Source: Octopus vulgaris
Lineage: Eukaryota
Assembly: GCA_951406725.2 (NCBI GenBank)
Contig: OX597815.1
Location: 208,568,001-208,632,000, forward strand
Direction of reading: 5' to 3'
DNA length: 64,000 bases
Below, piece after piece: positions 1 to 12,670 of the stretch. The notes under the pieces are model-generated. The model was not told the origin of the DNA. It made no database searches and was given only the letters and a program-made list of their open reading frames with translations. A program made the position numbers and the translations under genes. Each line of letters starts with the position of its first letter. Position 1 is the stretch's first letter.

Positions 1-1090
1 CTGATAAGGGTACACCAGGCACATGCATCACAACTGAGTGTGCGTAGCATGGTGATCTCATATCAAGATAAACAGAACATGACCTTGCAGGTGGGACTTA
101 GTTAGAATTTTCTTCTGGTCGAGTAACCAATTCCGCTCAAAAGGTCCTTGAATAAGGGTTGTTTAAGGATGTTGAACGAAACACCCATGTTTCCAGAGGG
201 GGATTCTTCAAACCCCCAAGAATCCCTCTCAACACATGGCTATGATGCTCTACAGTTACTTCTGCCTGTGATCAGAGATGCATATATCGTCAGCCACTAA
301 GGGACATGCTCAACTGGTTAAGGTCAAACAACTGACAAGCAAATCTGTGGTATTGAGCAGAATATTTGCTGTAGCCCATCTTTTATACCAAGACAAAACA
401 ATGTACATGATAACACTTCCAATCAGTTAAGATCAGAAGCCATGAATGCCACTGCCTGGTACTGCATCAGGGCATTTATTATTATCATTATTATTATTAT
501 TATTATTATTGAGTGAGAGAGCAGTTCATGCCATCAAAGTGACACGGGTAAAATATACGAAGCCCAGTATACCCATCATGACTACCCGTCTGATAAGGGT
601 ATACCAGGCACATGCATCACAACCAAATGTGCGCAACATGGTGATCACATATCAAGATAAACAGCACATGACCTTGCAGGTGGGGCCCAGATAGAATTTT
701 CTTCTGGTCGAGTAACCAATTCCGCTCAAAAGGTCCCTGCATAAGGGTTGTTTAAGGATGTTGAACAAAACACCCATGTTTCCAGAGGGGAATTCTTCAA
801 ATCCCCAAGAATTCATCTCAACACATGGCTATGATGCTCCCCCACTACTTCTGCTCGTGATCAGAGATGCACATATCGTCAGCCACTAAGGGACATCCTC
901 AAATGGTTTCAGGTCAAACAACTGACGAGCAAATCTGTGGTATTGAGCAGAATATTTGCTGTAGCCCATCTTTTATACCAAGACAAAACAATGTACATGA
1001 TAACACTTCCAATCAGTTAAGATCAGAAGCCATGAGAGCCACTGCCTGGTACTGCATCAGGGCATTTATTATTATTATTATTATTATTAT
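1..1090 (-). mobile_element. Two tandem copies (1-476, cut by the window edge; 511-1066) of a ~560-bp non-coding interspersed element, each bordered by (ATT)n; a further fragment lies at ~12480-12636
   Basis: Direct alignment of 1-476 with 590-1066 shows near identity. (ATT)n runs at 477-510 and 1067-1090. Strand is inferred from an assumed (TAA)n tail. Confidence 0.75.
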
Positions 1091-1560
1091 TTTATTAATT
1101 TGACTCAGGTTTAGTCTTATTCCTGGTAGGATTTATGAGGGTAGCAGGTTACTACCTGTAACCTTAATTATCCGCTAGCTTTCAATTGTCTTTCAAGTGC
1201 TTTGCACTCTCCTGACGGTATTTCCTGTCCTTAAGAGGCAAACCTTCTGTAGAAGCCCTGCAGGACATTCTATTCCAAACTCCTTCAACCATTTATGACA
1301 ATACCCAATGCACCAGTTATGCACCAGGCACAACCATTACAGTTTTCATATTCGAAGGTATTGTATTTTTTGTTTTTTGTTTTTTGTTTTTCGTTTTCTT
1401 TCTTTACAATCCAAGAATGAAAGGGACACGATGGATCAATTAGTAAGCAACTTCGCTTTTTCTTGTCTTTTAGTATTTTCTAGCTTCTTGTCCATTTGGA
1501 TAGGGAAGTCCCACAAAATCTTACATTTCTCCAACCCCAGCACACTTTCGACCCTATGAT
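1091..1560 (-). pseudogene. Degenerate 3' end of an R4/Dong-clade (RLE) non-LTR retrotransposon
   Basis: Minus-strand translation across frameshifts: KILWDFPIQMDKKL...DKKKRSCLLIDPSCPF..KKENEK..KY...ITGALG...LLQKVCLL..VRRV. This is the typical RLE endonuclease C-terminus, followed by a short 3'UTR and (TAA)n. Confidence 0.75.
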
Positions 1561-1641
1561 CTTACCTTATGTCTACTATTTGTAATACAAGTAGTAAGAG
1601 TAATTGTAATAGTAGTAGTAGTTGTAGTAGTAGTAGTAGTT

Positions 1642-1673
<32 letters not shown>

Positions 1674-3162
1674 AGGCAACAAACTGGAAGAATGGTGAGT
1701 GAACCAGATGCTAATGTTTGGCAGCATTTCTGATGGCTTTTTACCTTCTGAGTTCAAATTCCACTGAGGTTAATTTTTGCCTTTCATCCCTTTCAGGGTC
1801 GATAAAATAGAGTACCAGTCAAGTGCTGGGGGGGGGGGGGTCAATATAATCTACTTGTCACCTCCCTTCAGAATTGCTAGCCTTGTGCCAAAAGTTTTGT
1901 AAGAACTATTTTGATTATGAGTTGTGCGTCTGAATATTGGTAGCACTCCTCTCTTAATAAAGAAAGAAGGGAACTAAGAAAGCCAGGTCAACAAAGACAC
2001 ATTTGTCTCCGCTTTATCAATGGCATGACATTGAATAACCATTTCCCATTTTTATTTCCAATTCCTATTCTTCTTGAGGCAAAGAATCATTAAGCCTACA
2101 GAGTCTTGTGATTGACCATCCCTATTCTCAACAAAGAACTTAATGAGATGGTTATAGAATTTATGATGGTTCTACCCTCTCTTTTGCCATTCATTGTCAT
2201 CCAAGCATTAAATTTTACAACTGATTTCTTTCTTATTGGAGTCAGTGTTATCATTATTGATAATAGCTGCAGATTTACTTAAAGAGAGGAATGGATATAA
2301 GGAACAGTGATGTCTTGGAATTTGAAGAAATTTATTTTATATCAAAGGGATGTAGGATGAAGAAAGCTAAGAGGGTATGCTCAATAGAATGGTGGATGCG
2401 ATCCTGTCCAGTGTATTAATTAAAGGAAAGCTAGTGAATGTAGATTGCATTAGACAGTGTGACAAATAGAACTGGATAAGTCAAAAATGGTAAAAACTTC
2501 TTGTACATTTAAAGCATTTCTGTTGGCATAGCAGACAGTGTGTGTTGCAATGTCTGCAATGACAGTGGTGTCAAATCATAGTGGCCATGCTGTTCTTTGA
2601 TTTTTTGCATACCGCCAATAAATATGAAACTATTTGAAGCTATTTCAGAACAAGGGTAGACTTCATCATCATCATCATCGTTTAACGTCCATTTTCTGCG
2701 CTAGCACGGGTTGGACGGTTCGACCGGGGATCTGGGAAGCCAGGAGGCTGCACCAGGCTCCAGTCTCATCTGGCAGTGTTTCTACAGCTGGATGCCCTTT
2801 CTAACGCCAACCACTCCGCGAGTGTAGTGGGTGCTTTTTATGTGCCACCTGCACAGGTGCCAGTGATGTGGAGATGGGGGAAAGACACACACACACACAC
2901 ATACAATGCATAGGGAACAATCTCTTCTCTAACCCTACTGCCCAGGCTTGGATTCTATCAAACTGCCTGTACTGGATGCATAGTAGTGTGGACCACTAGC
3001 TAGGTAGGACCTTTATCTATGGTCATCAATGACAGAGAAGGCATTCTGAGACTAATAAAGCAATAGTAATAATAATAATCCTTTCTACTGGAAGGCCTCT
3101 AATTTGGAGGAAGGGATTAAGTTGATTACATCAACCCCAGTGTGTAGCTGGTACTTATTTAA

Positions 3163-3382
3163 TCCTTTCATTACCGTATTTATTTTGAGATGTTCTGCGT
3201 TACTTTGAATTAGTTTAAATATAACAAAAAATTTAGTAAAATAACTTAGTTATCATTCAACTAATTTTAGGAACATAAATTGTGACTAAGGTTTGGTAGA
3301 AGATTTTAATTCAAAACTTATAAAAACAAGACATTTGTACTCAGAGCCAGGGCTGGTTTCAGCCGGGTTATTAATGAAAGGG
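3163..3382. mobile_element. TTAA-flanked (piggyBac-type) MITE family 1, inserted in a minus-strand family-C SINE; other copies at 7682-7909, 16297-16517 and 44900-45124, partial at 7371-7450
   Basis: Terminal inverted repeats (c/t)cctttc.ttac / gtaa.gaaaggg. TTAA is duplicated at 3159-3162 and 3383-3386, and the host SINE sequence resumes on both sides. Confidence 0.85.
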
Positions 3383-3525
3383 TTAATTGACCCTGAAAGG
3401 ATGGAAGGTGAAGTTGACTTCAGCAGAATTTGAACTCAGAATGTAAGGGCAGATGAAATGTGGCTACGCATTTTGCCTGGCGTGCTAATGATTCTACCAG
3501 CTCACCTTATAATAATAATAATAAT

Positions 3526-4282
3526 AACATCAAGAGCACCCAGTACAAACATCCACCAAGGCAACACCCATGTCCTCTCAATGATTAGTGAGAGATGATT
3601 TTTAAAATGAGAATATCTGAAATAAACCCGACTACTCTCACAAACGAGAATATTAAAAATGAGTCTGACCACTCTCTAAAATTAACTAAAAAAATAGGAA
3701 AAGTAATCCAGGCGCAGGAGTGGCTGTGTGGTAAGTAGCTTGTTTACCAACCACATGGTTCCAGGTTCAGTCCCACTGTGTGGCACCTTGGGCAAGTGTC
3801 TCCTACTATAGCCTCGGGCCGACCAAAGCCTTGTGAGTGGATTTGGTAGCCGGGAACTGAAAAGAAACCCGTCGTATATATGTATATATATATATATGTG
3901 TCTGTGTTTGTCCCCCAGCATCGCTTGACATCCGATGCTGGTGTGTCTATGTCCCCGTAACTTAGCGGTTCGGCAAAAGAGACCGATAGAATAAGTACTG
4001 GGCTTACAAAAGAATAAGTCCCAGGGTCGAGTTGCTCGACTAAAGGCGGTGCTCCAGCATGGCCGCAGTCAAATGACTGAAACAAGTATACGAGTAAAAG
4101 AGTAAAGAGAATCTTTGTCCGGTTCCAGATCAATCCCCAAATCTAATCAGTTCGTGCCAGTCATGAGGCCAAACTTCTGAAAGTTTCATCCGAATCCATC
4201 CAGTGTTTCTTGAGATATTTTGTCCAATGACAAACAAACACAACTGAAAACAATACCTCCGCCTTTGCTAAGGCAGAGGTAA
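3526..4282 (+). mobile_element. Non-autonomous DNA element with a 3' terminal hairpin (Helentron/HINE-like), interrupted by a SINE at 3710-4108
   Basis: 3' hairpin tacctccgcctt-tgct-aaggcagaggta at ~4254-4281 and a related tccaccaaggc near the 5' end. Class assignment is inference. Confidence 0.5.
3710..4108 (+). mobile_element. tRNA-derived SINE family A (~400 bp, CORE-like, probably octopus OR2-type); first of roughly 28 copies in the window
   Basis: A box TGGCTGTGTGG, B box GGTTCAGTCCC, CORE-like accttgggcaagtgtc, central TA/TG microsatellite and (TAAAAGAG)n tail. Other copies, e.g. + strand 8920-9318, 16683-17050, 17624-18070, 19657-20030, 28772-29195, 31499-31915, 39524-39938, 43857-44245, 52362-52750, 60436-60860; - strand 6889-7174, 18333-18753, 22500-22854, 24815-25166, 36093-36493, 54295-54712, 55293-55663, 58046-58463, 59803-60197, 62698-63233, 63427-63572. 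Confidence 0.9.
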
Positions 4283-4688
4283 TGAAACTAAAGTAGAACT
4301 TAGCGTTTGAAAATATCCACATCATTATTATTGTACAAGTAGCATAAGATGACAAATAAGATTGCATTTTCTTAATAAAACAAAAAAAGCATTGTGATAT
4401 TTTGTATCATAATGTAGGTTTTGTGAAACTTGTAGGTATATTCTCATACATCTCTTTTCCCACTTAAATTTATGAATGCATTTCACTGTATTTATTTCAA
4501 AACGATTACTTTGGATAAGAAACGGACCGTGCTTTCTTTCCTTTCGTTACTAGATTCATTTTTCTTATTCCATCCGTCGTTAGATTCCGTGTGCCATTTT
4601 TCTTGTTTCTTTGATATTTTTCTGTTTCGTCTTTTTTTATTTATATATTTATTTCAAATCATGATATATGGAACTTATCTTCAATTTT

Positions 4689-4723
<35 letters not shown>

Positions 4724-4934
4724 TGTTGATGATGATAATGACAATGACGACAACGATGAAGATGACGATGACGATGATGATGATAAAGTGGCAAGCAGAA
4801 GATGAAGACAATGGCAAAAAGAAGAAAAAAAAATGGTAATAACAAACCAGTAACAAAATAATATTGTATTTCCCTCTTCATAGAAAATAAGCTGATTCAG
4901 TTCTTGCTAGAAATAATCTGCTTTACCCAAATTC

Positions 4935-5115
4935 AAACACACACATACACATATTTGTGTGTGTATACATACATACCTACCTACCTATACATACATATAT
5001 ATTATACACACACACACACACACACATATATATATTATTTATATTATTATATGATTGAATGCCATGCATCCTTTCCCAAGTAAGTTATATATGCATGTAT
5101 ATATATATATGCATT

Positions 5116-5155
<40 letters not shown>

Positions 5156-5413
5156 TATATGCATACATGTATATATATACATACATATATATATATATAT
5201 ATGCATGTATATATATACACACATATATACATACATGTATATTTATACACATATATATACATACACACACATATATACACATATACATATATATATATAC
5301 GCACGCACATTGCATATATATACATACATATATCTATCTATCTATCTAAATGAAGATATATATATATATACACATACATACATATATATATATATACACA
5401 CATACATACATAC

Positions 5414-5463
<50 letters not shown>

Positions 5464-5560
5464 GTATGTATGTATGTGTATATATATATATATGTATGTA
5501 TGTATGTGTATATATATGTATATATATATGTGTATATATATGTATATGTATATGTGTATA

Positions 5561-5620
<60 letters not shown>

Positions 5621-5630
5621 GTCACACACA
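4935..5630. repeat. Compound (TA)n/(CA)n/(TG)n microsatellite
   Basis: Directly visible; it produces the [12 protein letters not shown] ORFs in the track. Confidence 0.98.
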
Positions 5631-8084
5631 CAGCCCCCCATATAAAGACACACTCTCCACAACATCTTTATATCTTTTTAAGAACTATATCGTTTTGTCG
5701 GAAAAGACAAATGAGATTACTGCCAAATTGATGAAATATAAAAAGAGTCATCACTACCCAAGATAAGAATGAACGCTGTGGATATAAGCAACGATCTGTA
5801 GCACATGCTCTGAGATTCCGAAACGGCTTTCTCTTCATGTTATCTAGTCAAGTTAAATATCTGTAAATCTAAGAGAGAAACTGACTAGAAACAGTGCATA
5901 GTTTTTTTTTGTTTTTGTTTTTGCTTTTGTACTTTTTACATCGATTTCCTTATTGGAACATGATAGCGTTACAATTTCTTTTAGTGCCATAGTTTTCCAG
6001 CATCTGAGAGTGTCTCCTTTTCAATTAATTCTTTAACTGACAGTATAACAATATAAATGGGTCTTCCTTCTAATTGATGGTGTATATCCTCACTGTCGTT
6101 GAAGTCAAAGTAGTGTTGGTTTTCTGAACTTAGTGCCATGTTGCTGAATAAAAAGAGCATATATATATATAAATAACCTTTGCATTTGATTTTTTAATGT
6201 CTTTACCCCCATACTTTCGTGAGTTGAATTGAGCAAACACTATACGAGAGAGATTTTCTTTAAGTATTAGAAATAGTTTTTAAAAAAGTTTTTTTAGCTA
6301 CTATTTCTAATGAGTTCAGTATGTGGCAAAGTAATTTATTTTACTAAGCCCTTTTATATAATGTAATAATTTGAATTCGCCTTAAATGGTCCCTTTACAT
6401 ACTGAATACTTGGTGAAATTGATTAATAATTAATTAATTTTACCCTCAATTGTTGAAATATATATATATATATATATTGAGAAGTTTGGTTTTCAACCAC
6501 GTGGTTCTGGGTTCAGTTCCACTGAATGGTAGCTTGGTCAAGTGTCTTCTACTGAAGCTCTAGATCAACTATCTTGTGAGTGAATTCTATTGATATGGAA
6601 ACCCTTGGAAACCCAGTGTGAGCACTAGTGATGGTGCCACATAACAAGCACTGGTGAAGGTGCCTTGTAAAAAGAGCCCAGTACACACTATAAAGTGGTT
6701 GGTGTTAGGAAGGGCATCAAGCTGTAGAAACCAAACCAAAACAGACACTGGAAGCTGGTGTGGCTCTCCATCCTTGCCAGTTCCTGTCAAGCTATCCAAC
6801 TCATGCCAGCATGGAAAACGGATGTTAAATGTTGATGCTGCTGCTGCTGCTGTTCATGATGGTCTGTGTATCTCCTAACCTTGATATTCTCTTTACTCTT
6901 TTACTCGTTTCAGTCATTTGACTGCAGCCATGCTGGAGCACCACTTTTAATCGAGCAATTCGACCCCGGGACTTATTCTTTGTAAGCCCAGTACTTATTC
7001 TATCGGTCTCTTTTGCCGAACTGCTAGTTTCCGTCTACCAAATCCTCTCACAAGGCTTTGGTCGGCCCGAGGCTATAGTAGAAGACACTTGCCCAAGGTG
7101 CCACGCAGTGTGACTGAACCTGGAACCATGTGGTTGGTAAGCAAGCTACTTACCACACAGCCACTCCTGCGCCTATTGTGCAATTATTGTAAGTAAATGT
7201 CACCATCATTCTCTAATCTTCTGTGAAAACATGTCTGGTTATGGAGAAATATTACCTTACTTGAAATATATGAGGTTTAGCCACAAAAAGAGCAACTGAC
7301 CATAGAAAAAAATTTTTTCTCAACATATTTTGCCCAACCCATGCAAGCATAGAAAACATTTCATGTTTAACCCTTTCGTTACTGTATATATTTTGAGATG
7401 CTCTGTGTTTCTTTCAATTACATTAAATATAACAAAGAATTTAGTAAAATGACAGAACAGAAAATACCAAAAATAAGGTTTGTTTATTTAACCATTAGCA
7501 TACTGATTTGCCCCTAGAATAGTTTTCCCCCCCGCCACTGCATTATTTTTGAGGGAACTAAAAATATGAGCACCTAGTGTTTTAAAATTGTTATAACTTT
7601 CATTATATTGTGTATACAAACTTGATTTTTTGTATACTAATAAAGGAATGGATGACTAATATTTTTTATGTAATGCATTAACCCTTTTGATACCGTAAAT
7701 ATATTTTGAGATGCTCTGTGCTTCTTTCAGTTACTTTAAATATAACAAAGAATTTAGTAAAATTAACTTAGTTATCATTCAGCTAGTGACAGGAACATAA
7801 ATTGTGACTAAGGTTTGGTGGAAGATTTTTATTCAGAACTTATGAAAACAAGACATTTGTACTCAGAGCCAGAGCCGGTCCGGTTTCAACCGGGTTGGTA
7901 ACGAAAAGGTTAAACATTTATGTTGTGTGTGTGTGTGTGTTTGTGTACAGGCTGATCTTTTTGAAACCAACCAGTCTGAAACTGTCTTGTATTTTATGAT
8001 ACAAACTTCTTCATCAAACTTTCATATATTATGTTCCAAACACAGGCTAAAGAAGGACAAAGTTATTTTTCTAAATTCTTCATT

Positions 8085-8362
8085 CATCATTGACCTGAGC
8101 TCGTATCCAAGAATTTAGTATCTTCTTTGCTAAACATTTCCCTTTCAGGGATGGCGATGATGACTTTGTAGATGAAATTCTTGTATGGAAAAGTAATGTT
8201 TGTAGAGGATGAGGGGGGTTTTGTTGAGCCTTACTCTCCTGTTGTTTGATTTCCACCTTTCCTCTTCTGATGGGTTCAACGTTTTTGGTTCCAATGGTGA
8301 TGGGATACCACCAGTTGGTACAGTTTTGTTTTAAATGATTTCGGCTCAAGTCCAGATTTCTG
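8085..8362 (-). mobile_element. 278-bp insertion (probable 5'-truncated retroelement 3' end) inside an older MITE
   Basis: 12-bp direct repeat aaattcttcatt at 8073-8084 and 8363-8374. The host-element text (compare 45651-45690) is continuous once the insert is removed. Confidence 0.65.
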
Positions 8363-8429
8363 AAATTCTTCATTATTACTGAAATAAAAGCAGTGTATTT
8401 CAAAAGAATCATGGTAGCAAAAAGTTTAT

Positions 8430-8908
8430 CCTCCCTTGGACACAAAGACCTGTTGAGGCAAGCGAAGTCGATATAGAACCTCATCCGACGACAGGCACCC
8501 ATGCCAACCCCCTTTACTTGCGAAGACATGTTGGGGCAAGCGAAAACGAAATCGAAATCGAATTGAACCAGCCAGGATCCCTGGTCTGGTGGTACGTAAA
8601 AAGCACTATCCGACTCGTGGCCAATGCCAGCGCCGCCTCGAGTGGCTTCCATGCCGGTGGCACATAAAATACACCAATCCGACCGTGGCCGTTGCCAGCC
8701 TTGCCTGGCACCTGTGCAGGTGGCACGTAAAAAGCACCCACTACACTCACGGAGTGGTTGGCGTTAGGAAGGGCATCCAGCTGTAGAAACATTGCCAGAT
8801 AAGACTGGAGCCTGGTGCAACCTTCTGGCTTCCCAGATCCCCGGTCGAACCGTCCAACCCATGCTAGCATGGAGAACGGACGTTAAGCGATGATGATGAT
8901 GATGATGA
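8430..8908 (+). mobile_element. Family B: 5'-truncated 3'-UTR copy of an RTE-like LINE with a (GAT)n tail
   Basis: Shared 3' end ggaagggcatccagctgtagaaac...gcatgga..gcggacgttaa.cgatgatgat. Copies of variable 5' extent at 2663-2865, 14971-15140, 15168-15322, 19455-19560, 24374-24568, 25706-26024, 30803-31250, 34115-34370, 47754-47940, 56528-56790, 56826-56976 and 61617-61763. Confidence 0.8.
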
Positions 8909-9407
8909 CTATATACTATAGGTGCAGGAGTGGCTGTGTGGTAAGTAGCTTGCTTACCAACCACATGGTTCCGGGTTCAGTCCCACTGCGTGGCATCTTG
9001 GGCAAGTGTCTTCTGCTATAGCCCCGGGCCGACCAATGCCTTGTGAGTGGATTTGGTAGACGGAAACTGAAAGAAGCCTGTCGTATATATGTATATATAT
9101 ATGAGTGTGTGTATGTGTTTGTGTGTCTGTGTTTGTCCTCCTAGCATTACTTGACAACCGATGCTGGTGTGTTTACGTCCCCGTCTCTTAGCGGTTCAGC
9201 AAAAGAGACCGATAGAATAAGTACTGGGCTTACAAAGAAAAAGTCCCGGGGTCGATTTGCTCGACTAAAGGCGGTGCTCCAGCATGGCCGCAGTCAAATG
9301 ACTGAAACAAGTAAAAGAAAGTATATACACACAAGATATAAGTATATACACACACACACAAGATATAAGTATACGCGCATGCACACATACACACACACTA
9401 CTACATC

Positions 9408-10260
9408 AGATCACTCTATGAAGGCTATGCATTTGAAGTCCAGGAACAGAAGATTTCCACAAAGTACCTGATGAACAAGAGATACAGTGATGCTCTTGTA
9501 ATCCAAGGTGCAACCACATGTGTAGGCTATGTCGTGTTTCTGTGGAAGACATCATGCATACCTGGTGAACAAGAGATACAGTGACGCTCTTGTAATCCCA
9601 AGGTGCAACCACATGCTGCCTATGTCGTGTTTCTGTGGAAAATGTCATCATGGTACTACCTCCCTATGTAACATGATGTTGTCACTAAAACAATTTACAA
9701 TGCCATCCACAAAAAAAGCTGTCCTGAAATAAACTTAGAAAATCCCTCTGTTATGGAATACATTCATAAACACTAACTCAAAGAATACTGGTGGAATAGT
9801 CCCATCAAAAATTCTTTCAAATATAAGCATAACAGGCTGGATATTGTTATTTCGGACAGAGGGGCAGAGGTATGTACTGTCATAGAGGTCAGCATCCCTG
9901 CAGATATAAATATCTCTTTGAAAATCAAAGGAGAAGAGGATATCTATGGACAACTGCTTTGAAACCTCCAGCTTCTATATCCAGACTATGAATTCATCTT
10001 CATACCAATAATAATTGGAGCACTAGGCTTTGTTAGTAAATGCTTAAAGGAGAATCTGGATAAACTGGGATTTTCAAAAAGAGAAATCGACCAGCTGATT
10101 CATACATTACAAGTGCAATCTGTGAGTGGAACAGTAAAAATATGCAAGACTTTTCTCAAGTTCCAAATGAGAATTTGTCTGTGTTTACTACATCCCAAAG
10201 ATGGAGCCTTGTATCTTTGTTGGGAACCAGCTCCCTCCTCAGTGGAAGATTTATAATAAT
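9408..10260 (+). pseudogene. Degenerate R4/Dong-clade LINE 3' fragment (zinc knuckle plus RLE endonuclease)
   Basis: Translation YEGYAFEVQEQKISTKYLMNKR...CRLCRVSVEDIMH...YYLPM*HDVV...KEYWWN...KHNRLDIVI...IEVSIPAD...IPIIIGALG...VKICKTFLKF with in-frame stops. Contains an internal ~95-bp tandem duplication (9465-9640). Confidence 0.85.
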
Positions 10261-10282
10261 TAAAATATAGAAGAGACATACA

Positions 10283-10315
<33 letters not shown>

Positions 10316-10766
10316 GAATAGCTGGCAATACTTCAATTAGATGATGTTAATTGGCAGAAGCTATTTGCTGATCTCAACGTAGCGTCTTGTACACAACCTA
10401 GCTAGGGAATATAGCCACTGAAATGCATCATCTAGAAATATCTTTTCACAGAACAACATTGGAAACATATGACAAAAATCTTAATGATGTGATTCTGAAA
10501 AGATGTCATATTTTGACAAAATTACTCTTGTGAAATCCGTTTCCCTGCTCTTGCTCTGAAATTCTCTATATTTTTTAACTAATGACTTTGTATGTGACAA
10601 CTTCTTGTCAGCTGAAGAATTGGGATGTTGTGCTTCAGTTCCTTTATTAAGTGCTATTCTCTTGGAACATCATTAGTTTTGGATAAGTACAAATATTTTT
10701 TTTTCTGTCTCCTGAAATGTAGGATTTTTTCTATATTTTATGTATTTATTTGGTTTATATATATAT

Positions 10767-10819
<53 letters not shown>

Positions 10820-11601
10820 TGTAGCAACCCCACCTGTAGATTGTTAAACCCGGCTATATTGGAAATTGGATTAGCAGTAAAATTGTTAATAGTAGCTGAA
10901 AACAGCAGTAAAAATGTTAACAATAGCTGACATGTTAATAATCAGCCGAAATTGTAAAGATAATCTGGTACTCAACTGAGGAAAGAAAACTCCGAATTAC
11001 CCGTCCTTGGTTTCTTTGTATCGTCTATCTGGATGCTTTGTTGTCCCATTTTTGTATCACTGGGTGTTTTGCGTTCTTGTCCCATTTTGTATTTCATATA
11101 TATATATATATATATACACACATAAAGATAAACTTACTTGGAAAGGGATATGTGGCGTTCAATCAAGTAATAATATAAATGATATATATATATATATATA
11201 TATATATGCATATGTATATATCTTTATGTACGTATGTGTGTGTCTGTGTTTGTCCCCTCAACATCGCTTGACAACCGATGCTGGTGTATTTGTGTGCCCG
11301 TAACTTAGCGGTTCAGTAAAAGAGCCCGATAGAATAAGTACTAGGTTTACAAAGAATAAGTCCTGGGGTTGATTTGCTCGGCTAAAGGCGGTGCTCAAGC
11401 ATGGCCACAGCCAAATCACTGAAACAACTAAAAGAATAAGAGAATAATAGAATTGGCGAAATGACTGAACTTTGCCAAAAGTAGTGAAAAGTAATAACAG
11501 TCCTTTGGCTGCTATTTCTAAATTTTCTGTATGTGTTGAAGCTACTTGTTGCTAAACCCTTAATTATAGTTATAATTATATATATATATATTCTTTTTCA
11601 T

Positions 11602-11833
11602 TTAAGGCGGCGAGCTGGCAGAATCGTTAGCACGCCGGGCGAAATGCGTAGCCGTTTTTCGTCTGTCGTTACGTTCTGAGTTCAAATTCCGCCGAGGGTA
11701 ACTTTGCCTTTCATCCTTTCGGGGTCGATTAAATAAGTACCAGTTACACACTGGGGTCGATGTAATCGACTTAATCCCTTTGTCTGTCCTTGTTTGTCCC
11801 CTCTATGTTTAACCCCCTGTGGGAAATAAAGAA
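11602..11833 (+). mobile_element. tRNA-derived SINE family C (~235 bp) with an 18-bp target-site duplication; other copies at 15868-16101(-), 18906-19090(-), 26593-26823(+), 3080-3505(-) and 1675-1900(+, old)
   Basis: Head aggcggcgagctggcagaatcgttagc, B-box-like gagttcaaattc and central gcctttcatcctttcggggtcgat. TSD atatatattctttttcat at 11584-11601 and 11834-11851. Confidence 0.88.
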
Positions 11834-12670
11834 ATATATATTCTTTTTCATGCTTCAGCTGAAAGGCTGTGGCCATGCTGGAACACCATCTATATCAAAA
11901 ATATAAAGAACGAAATCAAAAGATTTGCTTAATAAGAGAAAACCTTGTAAATGGCATTTTCGAATGTCTAATTCATACACATATATATATACACACATTT
12001 TTCATTTTTTCATTTACTTAGAATGCACACTACATACATATCCGTATACACTACACACTGTCTAATTAGCTTTTGCAGCATTAATTAAACTGATTGCATT
12101 CTTCTCTCTCTTTGTTTTTTTTTTTTTTTGTGATGACTTCCAATCCCCTATTAAATATACAGTGACAGCTTACTTGGAGACATTAAACTGGAATGAACAG
12201 ACGTTTGCTGTCACCATCTTTGTTGACAGAAAGTTCTGTCCTTTCTGCTGCATACCCTTAACTCTCTAAATGCAAAAGATATACATTCCAGAGTTTTAGA
12301 ACGTGAACTGGTTTCAAACCTTGCCAAAAGGCTAGCAATATCAGGTTGTGGGGTCCGCTCTAGATATACGATCTGTAAATTAAGTACCTGTAACAGACAT
12401 TCATGCTCAGCCACCAACATTCATCACATACGCTCTTTGCATCATCATCATCATCACCATCATCCATCAACCATCAATAAGTGTACACCAGGCATGTGCA
12501 ACACAACCTTATGTGCACGACATGGTGATCTCATGTCAAGATTAACAGCGCATAATCTTGCAGGTGGGGTCCAGTTAGAATTTTCGTCAGGTCAAGTAGC
12601 TCTTCCCACTCGAAAGGTCCCTGAATAAGGGTTGTTTACACACACACACACATACACAAACGTATATGTA

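Noticed and set aside
1921-2660. Possible decayed coding sequence
   Set aside because: No motif recoverable in any frame that I could read.
3682-4133. Recurrent ORFs such as ...RHLPKVPRSGTEPGTMWLVSKLLTTQP and ...FDCGHAGAPP, which look like a gene family
   Set aside because: Antisense readings of SINE family A; frames are not conserved between copies.
5039-5766. Long [12 protein letters not shown] ORFs here and at 20.4-21.5, 25.7-26.7, 45.7-46.5, 47.9-48.4 and 52.0-52.5 kb
   Set aside because: Translations of dinucleotide microsatellites, which lack stop codons in all frames.
10215-10250. Minus-strand CTGAGGA plus stem in the R4 3'UTR
   Set aside because: Lacks the GAAA and stem III required for a hammerhead.
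12163-12420. Exon-like unique sequence (ORF 12211..12420 -, or + frame KVLSFLLHTLNSLNAKDIHSRVLERELVSNLAKRLAISG)
   Set aside because: No recognisable homology, weak splice sites, and stops in the frames bounded by the best minus-strand sites; insufficient support.
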